A stretch of 64,000 nucleotides of DNA from assembly GCF_037042905.1 (NCBI RefSeq), contig NC_087251.1, forward strand, positions 29,328,001 through 29,392,000, given 5' to 3'. The notes beneath the pieces were generated by a model. The model ran no database searches and was not told the DNA's origin. It saw only the letters and a program-made list of their open reading frames with translations. This stretch comes from Lytechinus pictus. Taxonomy: Eukaryota. Below are positions 13,397 through 26,600 of the stretch, piece after piece. The position numbers were made by a program, and so were the translations under genes. The first letter of the stretch is position 1; every line of letters begins with the position of its first letter.

Positions 13397-14893
13397 TGGA
13401 ATTAGATGTAATTTGGTTGTCATGGCAATGGCATAAGTTATTTGTATATCAACAGCAAACATAATGCTTTGCACTCTAAAATTAGGGGAAATTTATGACA
13501 AAATGCAGATTCTAAACTGTTTTTCGATCAAATTTGGTACTTTATTCGGGAAAAAAGGAGTCATTGCCATGGCAACGGGCTATATGTAACAGTGATATTT
13601 ATCATTAAATTCAAGCATTACCAAGGCAACCTCAAATTTTATCATTCTAATGAACTAATGCGAACCACTGTAATCTTTGTTCAAAATTAATTGACTGGGT
13701 CAAACCTTGAGTTAATGGATTGCATTTTCCACCTGTCCATTATCATGTCAACCATGTTATTTTTTTCAAATTAGATGTTATTTGGTTGCCATGACAATGG
13801 CTTAAGCTATAATTTGAATGTTAACAGGAAACATATCCATTCTTACCCTAAAATTAGGGGAAATGAAAGGAAAAAATCAGATTCTACAGATTTTCTGATC
13901 AAAACTGGTACTTTTCTTGGGGAAATGAGTAGTTGCTATGGCAACAGGTCATTTGCAACGTTGATGTTTATCGAATTCAATTATTACCAAGGCAACTTCA
14001 ATGTTTATCATTCTTATGGGGTGTTGCAAGAAACTTGCGATTGAACGCAAATCGAACGCAACTCCCAAAATTGAGCGTAAGTCCTCCGATTAAACGCAAA
14101 TCTGCAATTGAACGCAAGTTACGTTCAATCCTGTTGCAAGAAGAAGTTGCGTTTGATCAATTGAACGTAGATCAAGCGCAAGCTTTGCAATTGATTGCAA
14201 ATCGAACGTAACTTATGTGAGATTTTGGAGGATGCGCAAAATTTGCGTTCGATTTACGTTCAATTGATTGTCCATAGGCTTGTGTACTAAAAATTCTGCA
14301 AAATTTTTTTTTGGTATTTTGTTTTGAAAACTTGTGTAAATTATGCCATTTTCAATTTTCCATGGGTTTTTTTCAAGAAAAACTTGAAATAATGTTATTT
14401 TCAATCTTTATAGGCCTCTTCAGCAATTATGCCATTATTTTCACACAATTTCACTACATTCTCTCCTAATATCATTTTAAAGTGTGTCAATCACCGAAAA
14501 TATTCTGCTCTTGTTATCAGAGGTCATGGAATATTCAAATTGTGATTTCTGAAATAATTTGTATGAAAAAATATTGAAGAAATATCAATTCTCCATAGGC
14601 ACAAAAAAGCCACTCTTCATTAAAACACTTCATGCACTGGCAAATGTTTATCAATATTTCTGAGGGTTTGCAGTAAATACAACTCAGAATTTGTTTTGCA
14701 AGAGCACCAAATTGCTTCAATGCTTTCATTCATAAATATCATAATGAATAACATGCCCAATTAAGTTATTTTAGTTTGATTTTCAAATAAAACATACATT
14801 TCAGGAGATTGCTACACTTCAAAATCTGAAGCTCTCTTGTTTCTCTCTCTTTAATCATGAGATTGCATGGTAGATATATATCACACTTGCATA

Positions 14894-15024
14894 CAGGGAT
14901 GAGGTCGAGGCTGATTCTTCCGAGTCATGAGGCAGCTTGAGAGAACTTCCCATAGATTCTGTACAGTGACTCGGACCAAGGCCAGCAAAATGTTGTCTCG
15001 AGGTCAGCATTGACTACATCCCTG
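14894..15024. mobile_element. Tiny hAT-like MITE
   Basis: CAGGGATG...CATCCCTG ends, degenerate 8-bp TSD cttgcata/cttggaaa. Confidence 0.55.
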
Positions 15025-17017
15025 CTTGGAAATGAAAAGATCCATTGATCTATGCACAAAAAGAACACTGCTCAAGACATTCATTATTGATGGACCTTTT
15101 ATTTTTAATTTTCATTGTTTCTTACTCCTGAGGAATTACTTCTGAGATTCATTTATATCAAATAAAAATTCATATCATCTTCATCAAGTGTTTTACCACT
15201 GAATGTCAGCCCACAGTCCTTAATGTTGGCAAGAAGAATCCATAGAAGTCCAGTCAGGAAAGCCACAAGCTTCTCTGCTTGAAGGAACAAATTTGGTTTC
15301 CAGAAGCAGTCTAATTTGAGATGACTTTGGAGAGCTCCATGGAGTGAAGTTTTTAAACCAGCAACACCCTCATTCTGAAGTCCACTCTAATAAGATGTTA
15401 CTACAGACAGGAGCAGCTCTGAATTCAGTTCTGATAATCAACCTGTTCATAAAAAAATAATAATATAGGAAATAATGCAAGCCCATAACCATACATAGCT
15501 TGGGTTAGTTCAAATTTTGTCCTTTCAGTGCAAGAATGCCCTTAGCAAAACATTTTTGTGCACCCCATCAGTGCAGAAATGCCCCTATGCCTGCTGGTAA
15601 GGGCGTTGTTTGCAACGACAAGATGATATGATAGAGGGATAGTGGCTTACTCCTGAGACCATAATAATTGGCAATTTGCCATGATGTAATCTAAAAGTGT
15701 GAAAACTGATTGTTTTTCCCAAAATAAATGAATCATGGAAATTAAAATATGCAATAAATTAAATCAATGAAAGCAAAATTCACAATTTAATACAGTACAC
15801 ATTGGATGAGCACAACAACCACCCCTCCCCCCCCCCCCCCCCATCAATGGGGGTGTCTTCATTGCTGAGAAGTCCAAGTCAAGATAGAGATTTGTATTTG
15901 CCTTTTTCATTTTGCATTATCCTTGGGTTAATGTGTTCAGATTTCACCCCCATCCGCATTACGATCATGGTGAATTATTAATAATACAGTTTACATGTAA
16001 CCTACCATTTGAGAGTTGATAAAATGAATCAATCAGCTGGTTGCAAGAACACACATTGTAGCAGACACAGTTATGGTGGTTCGGAGGTTTCTTGTTTATT
16101 CCAGACTTCTTTGTCATCATAACTGTAGTAAGCAATTAAAAGCAAAAAGCAAAGAGATAAAACATGTTCATGAAATTAATATACAAGTTAAGCTCAGTTG
16201 CCAGGGTGTTAATCATTATAGTAGTCCCAGGGTGTTTTGATTAAAGTCACTTCTGGCCTGGGAAGGGGCACTATGGTTCCTCATCCATGGGCGGTGCAAT
16301 TAAAAAAATTATGAAATCATACCTTTCGCTTTAATTTACTAAAAAAAGCTCGTAATAGAATGCTAAACTTTGGTGTAGATATTCCTCTCTAGAGCATTCC
16401 TAACAACTTTACTTTAAAAAATCTGGTATAAAAATAAATTCCTTTCATGTTTTTTTTTTAATATTTTTTCTTAACTTCTTAAATGTATTTCTTTTAATTG
16501 TTATTTTCAACACAAAGTTCATCAGTGACAATGAATTACTATTGTCAATAAAAAAATTACTCAATTATGAATATTGACTTTTTACATGTAATCATGTTTT
16601 TGTCTGACATGTACTTAAACAAACACAATGTTGCAAAATTTCCTGACCCTGTACCTGGGAATTGCAAATTTGGTCTCAAAAGTTGCGTGAGACTTGAAAG
16701 TAAAACATCAGTCAATGGTGCGGTAATACAATTTTGAGTGGCAGATTTATTCTGAAAAATGTCAAGGGGGACCATATGCCCCCCCCCCCCCCCCGAGTAT
16801 TGTACTTGATATAAAGGATGTAAAAAAAAATTATGATTATGCATTCAATATTAATAATGATGCACCAAATAAGACACCCTTTTACTGTAAGCACCTGGAA
16901 GAGCATTGTAATCATCCATTAAATAATTTAAAGTGAAAAAAAAAAATCTGTCATCTATATAGCACCTCATGTGCTTGCATAAAAATCAAGTTAAGACTAG
17001 AGTCAGTTACATAGTAG

Positions 17018-17464
17018 CCCGGGGGGGGGGGGGGGGGTTACTCACGAAATAATGCATATGGGGATGTGCCGCTGGAATGGGTCGCCTTTTTGGAAGAAAT
17101 CCCTAAACATGGGGTATGGATTTATGCTGGAAAATCCCTAAACATGGCCCAATTTTTAGATACTGGCCTTAAACATGGGTCCATATTCTACTCCAATGTC
17201 TTAGGTGCAAATACAAAATTATCTTACATTTTGGGCATTAACCTTTTTTTTTTTTTTTTTGCTTGTCAAGTTTTCCAGGCGAAAATGTGCCCCCCCCCCT
17301 TTTGGAAATCCTGGATCCGCCCCTGTAATGAATCCCCAATAATGGGCCCCTTTTTAGCCAAAATGACCTGTAAATATGGGTACAGGTTTCAAACCTTCAG
17401 CCGCACACCTTTGTCCAAACCAAATCTAAGTACCTCCCCCTCCTCCCCCCCCCCCCCCCCCAGG
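17018..17464. mobile_element. MITE with CCCGG-polyG / polyC ends (CMC/EnSpm-like), same family as 46143
   Basis: cccggggg...actcacgaaataatgcatatggggatgtgccg start resembles the 46143 copy. Ends in agtacc-polyC. Confidence 0.55.
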
Positions 17465-20400
17465 CATAGTAGACCTACATATTGAATCTAAAAAATAGAT
17501 GTATTATTTTAGGGGAAATTTAGGCTTACATGTATATCTTTTTATATTTATATATGATGGATATTAAAAATGTGACTCATACGGCACATCATTACATATC
17601 AACGACACAAATAGACTGCCCTTGCAAAGAACCTCTTGTGCAATCTACCCGTAAGAAATTTTAAAAAGAGCCCCGGGCGGGCAACTCCCTATTCAATGTT
17701 AAAACTTCCCCAAGCCAAGAATGAGGCAGATGTGGCCAATAGATTCTGAAAAGTAGCCCAATACATGTAGACCCCCTATACTTTTTTTTTTTTTTCTTGT
17801 CTGGCGAGATATGTGGAGTCTGGAGAACCCCCCCCCCCCAAAAAAAAAAAAAAAAAAAAAAAAAAAATTAAAAAAAAAAAATAAATAAAATGAAATAAAA
17901 TTAAAAGAATTAGAATAAATAAATAATAATTTTTGTTTTAATCCTCCAAAGACAAAAGTCGAAACAGCAAAAATTTTCACTTTATCCCAGGCCAGGCCAA
18001 GGAAATTCCTAAAAAGGGAGGTTAACGTTAGACAGACTCTTAAGAGACAAATGGAGAGGATTTTTTTTCTTGTGGAAAAAAAAATAGAAGGTAAACTAAT
18101 GGAATTTTTAAAGTCTTTAATTTCTATTTACTGGATGGCTATTCGCCGTTGAAACCGATATAACTTAAAAATCATTTCCAATAGGAACAAAAAATATCTT
18201 TAAAGGTCATTTTCGATGTTTCATACATAATTAGAGCCTACAGTACATTTACTTGCTTCAGGGTGATTTTTAACAGCACTGCACCGCCACCGGCAATGAC
18301 CTGCCGTGTTGTTGATACAACCGTGCATTACCGACACAAAAAGTTAAGTGTGGGACTGGGATTAAAAGTGTGCAGTAGAAAATTTGTTGAAGGTGAAATT
18401 TCGACCGGCGATAAAGAAACATTTTCACTCTTTTCAAAATAATTTTTTCCCTGGCATAGGTCTAAAATACATAAATTCTCTGAAAACATACATAATGGAG
18501 AAAGAATTGTCTGAAAAATGAATATTTTCTACTTACTCTCTTCCAGGTTCAAGATTATTGCAAGCCAATATTTTGCTTTTTCGGCTAGTCTTGTGCTGCA
18601 GACCCTGTTTACAGCTGCAAATCAGCTGCAACTTGCGTTCAATCGCAAGCCGTTTTCTTGCAACGCAAATTGGCGATTGATTGCTAGTTGCAGTCGATCG
18701 GAATCGGCTGCAAAGTTGCAGTCGATTTGCAATCAATCGCAACGTAACTTTCTTGCAACACCCCATTAGAATGATAAATAGTTCGTGTAGAACACTCATT
18801 GTATTGTTTCCCCTAGATTAATTGAGGTCAATCCCGATGCATACAGTGATGCACATCAGGTGAATTTTCATTGTATTTTTCACCTGTCCATATCCTTGTC
18901 ATCCATGTTGTTTTTTTAATTAGTTATCTGGTTGCCATGGCAATGGCTTAAGATGTTATATTTATAAATTTAGTCACATATATATCTCGATTAGTACCTT
19001 AAAATTATTGAAAATGGAAAGATGATCATACATGTCTAAATTCTAATTCAATATTTTTACCTTTCTAGAGGGAAATAAGCTGTTGCCATGGCAACGAGCC
19101 CTTTGTAACATTTTAAAAGAATTTAATCCAAGTGTTACCAAGGCAACATAAGTTCATATCTTTTTAAAGAACTCCTGCAGAACATTTTAACTACTTTTTG
19201 TTCAAATGAGGGGGTCAAAAGTTAAGCATACAGATTAAGTCAATTCTAATTGTATTTTCCACCTGTCCATTGTGTTGTCAACCATGTTATTTTTTTTCTT
19301 CAAATTAGATTAATTTGGTTGCCATGACAATGGCTTCAGATATTGTTTGTATGTTAACAGCAAACATATCAATTCTTACCATTAAATCAGGGGAAATGAA
19401 AGAAAAATCAGAGTCCAAAGTCCTTTTTCTAATCAAAACTAGAACTTTTTTGCGTAAATGAGCCGTTGCTATGGCAACAGGTCATTTGCAACATTGATAT
19501 TTATCGTTGAATTCAAGTGTTACTAAGGTAACATCAATGTTTATCATTCTAATTAGTTCATGAAGAACACTCACTGTATACTGTTTCCCCTAAATTAATT
19601 GAGTAGGTCAAAACTTATGCATAAAAGTTATTTTCATTGGATTTTTCACCTATCCATAACCCTGTCATCCATATCATTGATTTTTTTTAATTAGATGTTA
19701 TTTGGTTGCCATGGCAATGGCTTAAGATTTTATATTTATAAATGCAGTCACAAACATATATTTTTATTAGTTCCTTAAAAATATTGAAAATGGAATGATG
19801 ATCGTATTCTATATTTTTATCAATATTTTTACCTTTCTAGAGGGAAATAAACTGTTGCCATGGCAACGGGATCTTTGCAACATTCGTTTTTTTTATTTAA
19901 TTCAAGCATTACCAAGGCAACATAATGTTTTATCTTTATAAAGAACTCCTGCAGAACACTTTCTGTATTTTTTTGTTCAAATGAGGGGGTCAAAACTTAA
20001 GCATACAGATTAAGTCATTTCCAGTTGTATTTTCCACCTGTCCATTGTCTTGTTAACCATTTAATTTGTGTAAATTGATGTTATTTGGTTGCCATGGCAA
20101 CGGCTTGAGATGTAGTTTATACATTGAGCAACCAAAATATCATTGTTCAACACTGTAAAATTAGGGAAAATTAAAGATAAATCCTATTCTACAACGTTTT
20201 TTTAATCAGTTTTTTTATTTTTCTGGGGAAAAACAAGTCGTTGCCATGGCAACGGACCAATTGGAACTATCTTGTTAATTTTGAATGTTTCTAAATTTTA
20301 TATATATTCATTTGGGAGCTTAAAAATTATAATTTTGGTCATCTATATCATGTTTATTTACCATTTACATGGGAATGTATGTCATTTTTGAGAAATTAAT

Positions 20401-20694
20401 CCGTTGCCATGGCAACGGCCGAAAATGGCATTTTAAAATTTACCTCCCATCTTTAAAATAAATCTTAGGGCATATACTTATACTTGTGAAAGTTTCATGC
20501 TTTAGTCAAAATTTGCACAATTGTTCGGCTAATCCGCTCTACTAATAAGAAAAATGAATCTCAAGAATAATTTGTTTTCATGGAGTATATTATTCTCAAA
20601 CACAACTGGAACCAATAATCAAGGAAAAGTTCGATGCTTTCTATAATATTATAAATCACAATCTATACATGTACTATCTATCCGAAACTATCTA

Positions 20695-20908
20695 TTGCAA
20701 GAAACTTGCGCATCAATTGCAAGTCTACTTTAGGTCCCTAAATCAATCCTAACTTTTGAAAGTAATTGCAAATTTGCGATTGATTTCTTATCTGCTTCTT
20801 GAAACACGCAGTGTAATTTGATGTGCTATGGTTAAAATTGATATATCAATTGTAAAATGGCAACAGAATATTTGCAATTGATTGCAAATATTTTCTTGCA
20901 ACATCCCC
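20695..20908. mobile_element. Short MITE of the TTGCAAGAAA Harbinger-like family
   Basis: Homologous to 43359-43574, with ends related to the 14017 TIR. Confidence 0.6.
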
Positions 20909-21400
20909 TTAGTTGAAACTTTATTAAAATATATATAATATACACAGATAGTATTTTTGGTGTACAAGAAAGCAAATGATACCATTGGCAAATGGGACCA
21001 CAAAAAAAGTGTGGCATGATTCTCGAGGTTTTTTTTTTGGGGGGGGGCGCTGACAACTGCCCTTCTTGCTTTCAGTGGCTTTGCTTCGGACTTATTCACA
21101 AACAAATATATTTTTCATTTATAACTTTCGGATATCTGCAAACATTTATCCAAATAAATCGATATATTTTAATTCTCTAAAGATTACAGAGACTAAACAT
21201 TAAATATACCGACAAGTAATCAATTAGAATTGAGGTAAATAGGCAAACTGAAAGTAATAAAAATAATATTGCAACCTTCTGCTCAAAATTAAAACGATTT
21301 CTATTAAATGTATTAACTGTAAAATTCTTTACAGAGAGACTATATAGGCCAAATGCTTAAATAATAGATCTGTATAAATCTTTGAAGGTATTGTTAAAGA

Positions 21401-21711
21401 CAGTGGCGGATCCAGGAGGAGCACGTCCGGCCCGTGCCCACCCCCCCCCCTGAGAGTCATAGGGTTAGGGAACATACACAAGTGTGTCCCCCCCCCCTTT
21501 TGAAAGAAACAGGATATATTTTCAATGGGAATACGGTATTTCGTTCATACACAACCGAGGACCTTTTTTTTTTTTTTTTTTTGCTTGTCAAATTTGACGT
21601 GGACGAAATGAGCTTCAGTTTTTGGTGAAACCTTTTTTTTTCTTCTTTGCTTGTCAAATTTTGCTTCGGAAAATGTGCCCCCCTTTTTGAAAAATCCTAG
21701 ATCCGCACCTG
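21401..21711. mobile_element. hAT-like MITE (CAGTGGCGGATCCAGGA ... TCCTAGATCCGCACCTG)
   Basis: Inverted ends. A fragment of the same family occurs at 17260-17325. TSD not clear. Confidence 0.55.
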
Positions 21712-22266
21712 GTAGAAATCAATAAGAGCAACATTTCAGAGACGTAGGCCTATCTAGATGTAGGATGGGGGGTCGGGTGTCCGGACACTTTATATTTTTG
21801 AAGCCTTCTTTTTTGTATTTGGATTACACTAAAAATATAAATTTAATAGTTGTAATCATCTTATATTTTGTTCTCTATAATATTTCCTTACATTTTGTAC
21901 TAAAAATTGATGACACTTCGGTTGTAAATTTTTCCAAATGACTTCCTAAAATTGATCGTCCGGACACACAACCTGTCCGGACACACAACAACTGGGTATA
22001 CCAACGACATGAAAAGATGACTTTGACAAAAATAAGCTTCGATCGAGAATCTAATCACTGCAGTGAATGATAGCTTAATGCATATCACTGTCTGACCTCA
22101 TAATATTCCAAATAATAGCAATCATAAAGAATAAGCAGGAGGGAGACAAGAAGATGATCATGAACAAAATGAGAAGAGAAAGGAGGAGATGAGACAGGAG
22201 TAGAAGATGAGTGAGGAGAAGATGAATGAGAGGAAGAAGAAAGAGGAAGAGGAGACTTCAACTTAC

Positions 22267-22430
22267 CAATAATAATTTGGTCTATTAATCCATTTCTATG
22301 AATCCCGACCTCAAAATCCTTCCGAGGCAAGTTCCAGCGATTTCCTTTCCTTTAATAGTCAAAGATGTTTTTATACTCAGCAGATTAAGATTATAAATTT
22401 AAGGGAAAAAAACTCCCAGTCTTTCTGGTT
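22267..22430 (-). other. Candidate non-coding first exon of the EF-hand gene (5' boundary approximate)
   Basis: Strong donor ATTG|gtaagt at 22266, just downstream (minus strand) of a CpG-rich patch at 22440-22700. Confidence 0.4.
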
Positions 22431-22439
22431 AAGCTTGCT

Positions 22440-22700
22440 GGGTATAAACGCGAGCATGATAATGCGACATGCAAACAATTTTATCATTATTTTTTTTCTG
22501 CAAAATATGAGTCGCGCACCTTTTCATGATCCGCGCAGCGTAGTCGGGCGTGGCACGCATGCCTAAGTCCAAGTCCCAGGCACCCCTCCCCCGTGGTAAC
22601 GGTGGTTGGGGGGGGGGGGGGTGGTGAACAGGGTAAGGGATCGGAGGTGTAATGACTGTATAATTTCCTTCTTTCGCATCAACGTTCACGTGGACGTGAA
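22440..22700 (-). promoter_or_regulatory. CpG-rich putative promoter
   Basis: Local CpG/GC enrichment next to the candidate first exon. Confidence 0.35.
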
Positions 22701-23465
22701 CATTTAACTATTACGATCAGTTTGCATGCAACAATTTTAAAGTCGTTTGAGAGCACAGAACTAATTTAATCAAAGTTCAGTGCCATTTAATACAATATGC
22801 CAATAATATTAGTGAAATTTAAAAAAAAAGTAAAAGAGATTTTTTATCAGCCGACCCGACACCGCCACGTCATACTTTGGTAACCTATAGCTCACTTTCT
22901 GAATATGCAAACTAAATTTATATTTCCTTTACCATATCGTATCAAAATAAGCTTATTTATACATTTTCTGGTAGAAGTGTATATTACGTTCCAACACTAA
23001 AAGCTTTTCATTATTATATCTAGATGATATATGCCCATATTTACCAAATATTTAATCATTATTTTGGACAACTCTCCTGTCGTACACCCATCAGATTTTT
23101 TTCTGTTATCTCAGCAGATAGATGTATATCGTTTAAACTATATAACAGGGGCGGCGCGGCGCGGCGGAGCGAAGTCGAAAGTGGGGGGGGGGGACGCAGG
23201 AAAACAGGGCACCTTTTCTTTCGAAAAGGGCACTATCTTAAACATGGCCGTATGCAGAATTTTTTAGGATCATTGAGGCGCTTTTGCATTTTATTAAGTG
23301 AATTTGATGGATTTGTGCATACTTTTGGTGAAAATTTTGTGAAAATCTGCAGTGAAATAATGTGAGTTTTCAAAATTTCGGGGGGGGGGGGGCAACTGCC
23401 CCCCCCCCCGCTGCGTACAGCCATGATCTTAAAACAAAGAAAAATGACTTATCTACCCCACTCAC

Positions 23466-23623
23466 TGTAGTGTCGTAGCATGTACACACTTGGCGTTCCA
23501 TAGTTTGAACGGGATTAACTTACCGAACATGTCAGTTAATTATGTTATGATTAAAGTATTGCTGTGAACATTATGAATGATGCCTTAGGCCTATTAACTG
23601 TTTGTCCTGTTGACTACTTTACA
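23466..23623 (+). repeat. 5' LTR (158 bp)
   Basis: TGTAGTGTC...GACTACTTTACA, identical to the 3' LTR by eye. Confidence 0.95.
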
Positions 23624-23624
23624 T

Positions 23625-23634
23625 TGGCGACGAG
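23625..23634 (+). other. Primer binding site TGGCGACGAG, complementary to the 3' end of tRNA-Ser(GCU)
   Basis: Starts 1 nt after the LTR end. Eukaryotic tRNA-Ser(GCU) ends ...CCTCGTCG-CCA. Confidence 0.75.
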
Positions 23635-23639
23635 AGAAA

Positions 23640-26600
23640 ATGGCAACCTTCACCATTCCACCGCCAGTCCCTCTGGAGATAGACTCGACAAATCTGGCAA
23701 CGAGCTTCAAGAAGTTCAAACAGGCATTCGGCAATTTTGAGCTGGCGACGGGGATAGCGAGCCGCGACGACTCCCTGCGGGTAGCCACCCTACTGGCCGT
23801 AATCGGGCAGCCGGCGGTAGACCTCTATAACACCTTCACCTGGGACACGGCAGCTGACTCCAAAGTGTTCCAAAAGGTACTCGATAAATATGAGGAACAC
23901 TGCAAAGGGCATGCCAACACCACTTATGAACGCTATATTTTCAACACTAGAGTTCAGAGAGAGGGCGAATCGTTCGAAAGCTTTGTCACGTCCCTCAAAT
24001 CGTTAGCTGAAACATGTGAGTTTGAATTGCTGACAGAATCTCTCATTAGAGACAGAATAATCCTGGGAATGCGAAATTCCAACATTCGTCAGCGACTTCT
24101 TCGCGAAGCAAAATTGACATTGGAACAAACAGTTACAATCGTCAGGGCTGCTGAAGCAGCTACTGCACATGCCAGCGAAATCTCGAAGAGTGCGGCAACA
24201 ACCTCTGATGTGCACTACGTCAATAGACATCAACCAAATCGGAAACCTAAAGGTAAACTGCATCAACAATCGAAGTCTAAAGTCTGTCGCAACTGTGGTG
24301 ACAAGTATCCTCACAGTGATCAATGCCCGGCACAAGGAAAAACGTGTTCATTCTGCAAGAAACCAAATCACTTTGCCAAAATGTGCCGAAGTAAGCTCAA
24401 ACAAGCGGAAGTTAATGTCATGGATCAAATGTCCCAACAACCATCGTCACAACCACAATTAGCTCAAGATTCGACCTCTGAGGACTATCTGTTTGCTCTT
24501 GGCTCATCTGACGAGAGTAATCAATTGCTCAGAGTATCAGTGCTCATCAACAATGTTATGACATTTGTCGTCATCGACACCGGCGCTTCAGTGAATATTA
24601 TGAGCAAAGAAACATTCAACACTATCTCCCAACAGGAGCTACTACTTGAACCAACAGACAGACAAGTCTATGCATTTGGTGCTAACAGTCCCATTGATGT
24701 TCTGGGGAAAATCTCTCTTCCAGTACGCCACAAGACACAGACGCAAACGGCTGTATTCTTTGTCACTGAGCACAATGGTCCAACACTCCTACGCTTGAAC
24801 ACTGCGAAAAAGCTTCAAATGATCGCTGTAACGTACAATGTTCATGCTGCACCATCGATTATTGATGAATTCAGTGATCGATTCAGTGGACTTGGCAAGC
24901 TCACTGGAGTCACATGCAAGCTGCATGTAAATCCATCCGTCACTCCTGTAACTCAGCCACATCGCAGAATACCCTTTCACGTTAGGCGTAGTGTTGAAGC
25001 TGAACTGAAACATTTACAAGACTTGGACATTATTGAGCCCGTGCATCAAGAGCCTACGCCATGGGTTTCTCCAATTCGAGTTGTGCCTAAACCAAAGCAA
25101 CCAGGCAAAATCAGACTTTGTGTCGACATGAGAGCTGTCAACAAGGCTATTGAGAGGGAACGACATGTCACTCCAACTATCGACGACATATTAGCTCACC
25201 TCAATGGAGCGACAGTCTTCACGAAGCTTGATCTTAATGCAGGGTATCATCAGATTGAGCTAGATCAAGCATCACGCTATCTCACTGTTTTCTCGACCCA
25301 TGTTGGTTTGTATCAGTACAAGCGATTGAATTTTGGAGTGAACAGCGGAGCGGAGCAATTCCAGAATCTAATTCAATCTGCACTTGCAGGTCTTCAAGGC
25401 GTGATCAACATCAGTGATGACATCTTGGTGTATGCCAAAAATGAACAAGAACACAACGAACGACTGATGAGGTGCATGCAACGTCTACGAGAGAAGAACT
25501 TAACTCTGAATCGTGACAAGTGCGAATTCAACAAGTCTTCAGTTGAGTTTTTTGGGCATATCTTCAGTTCATCAGGCATATCTCCCAGCCCAACAAAAGT
25601 CAAGTCATTGATCGAAGCAGCACCGCCCAGCAATCGAGAGGAGGTCCGAAGTTTCCTGGGTTTAGCCAATTATTGCGCAAGGTTCATCCCAAATCTTGCT
25701 TCACTGTCGGAACCTCTTCGCGATCTGACAAGACAGAGCGTGCCATGGTCATGGGAAGAGCGTCACACAAACTCCTTCAACAACATCAAGCACGCGATCG
25801 CACAGCACTGCCACATGGCATATTTCGACTCGCGTCGTCAGTCAACTGTCATAGTAGATGCCAGCCCCGTTGGGCTCTGTGCAATGCTCGTCCAGGGAGA
25901 TGATCGATCCAACAGCATCGTAGCACTAGCAAGCCGTTCACTTACATCTGTTGAGAAGCGTTATTCACAGACTGAACGCGAAGCCCTAGCCGTCACTTGG
26001 GGCATTACACACTTCCATCTCTACCTATATGGCAGCAAGTTCAAGGTTATCACAGACCATAAGCCACTTGTGCCATTATTCAATAGATCTCATTCATCTC
26101 CACCAGCGAGAATAGAAAGATGGATGCTTCATCTTCAGCAGTATGAGTTTGTACTAGAATATCAACCAGGAGCAACCAACCCAGCCGACTACTTATCGCG
26201 ACATCCATCGTCTAGTACATTGACTGTTGAGCCAAACGCGGAAGAGCACATCAACTTCATCATCGAGAATGCAGTGCCAAAGTCGATCAGCATGGATGAG
26301 ATAGTGGAAGCGACCACATCTGATCCTGTCTTGCAAGCATGCATCAAAGCTATTGAAGAGAATAGTTGGCACTCAGTCGCACAAGAGTTGCAGTGTTTCA
26401 AAAATGTGAAGAATGAGCTCAGTGTCGCAAAAGACGGAAAAGTGTTACTCCGTGATCACAGAATTGTGATTCCGTCTATGCTTCGAGATCGCATCATCAC
26501 AATCGCACACCAAGGGCACCAAGGTGTAGTTCGCACAAAGCAGCTGATTCGCGAAAAAGTCTGGTTCCCCGGTATTGATAAGCGTGTGGAAGACAAGATC

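Larger units (their letters stand above)
14017..18765. mobile_element. PIF/Harbinger-like non-autonomous element nested in the right arm of the Academ-like element
   Basis: Perfect 17-bp TIR TGGGGTGTTGCAAGAAA / TTTCTTGCAACACCCCA, TTA TSD (14014-16, 18766-68), subterminal ttgaacgcaa/ttgcgattga repeats. Confidence 0.85.
7538..20544. mobile_element. Non-autonomous foldback DNA transposon, Academ-like, with multi-kb modular inverted arms
   Basis: Left end TAATAGAGCGGATTAGC matches the reverse complement of right end GCTAATCCGCTCTACTA. 3-bp TSD ATA at 7535-7537 and 20545-20547. Arms (7538-~10450; ~13400-14013 plus 18769-20544) are built of ~390-bp units with GTTGCCATGGCAAC. TAG...CTA ends with a 3-4 bp TSD fit Academ. 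No transposase ORF seen. Confidence 0.85.

Noticed and set aside
23610..23639. TTG-initiated N-terminal extension of Gag-Pol in the ORF track
   Set aside because: It overlaps the LTR end and PBS. ATG 23640 (aaaATGG) is the plausible start.
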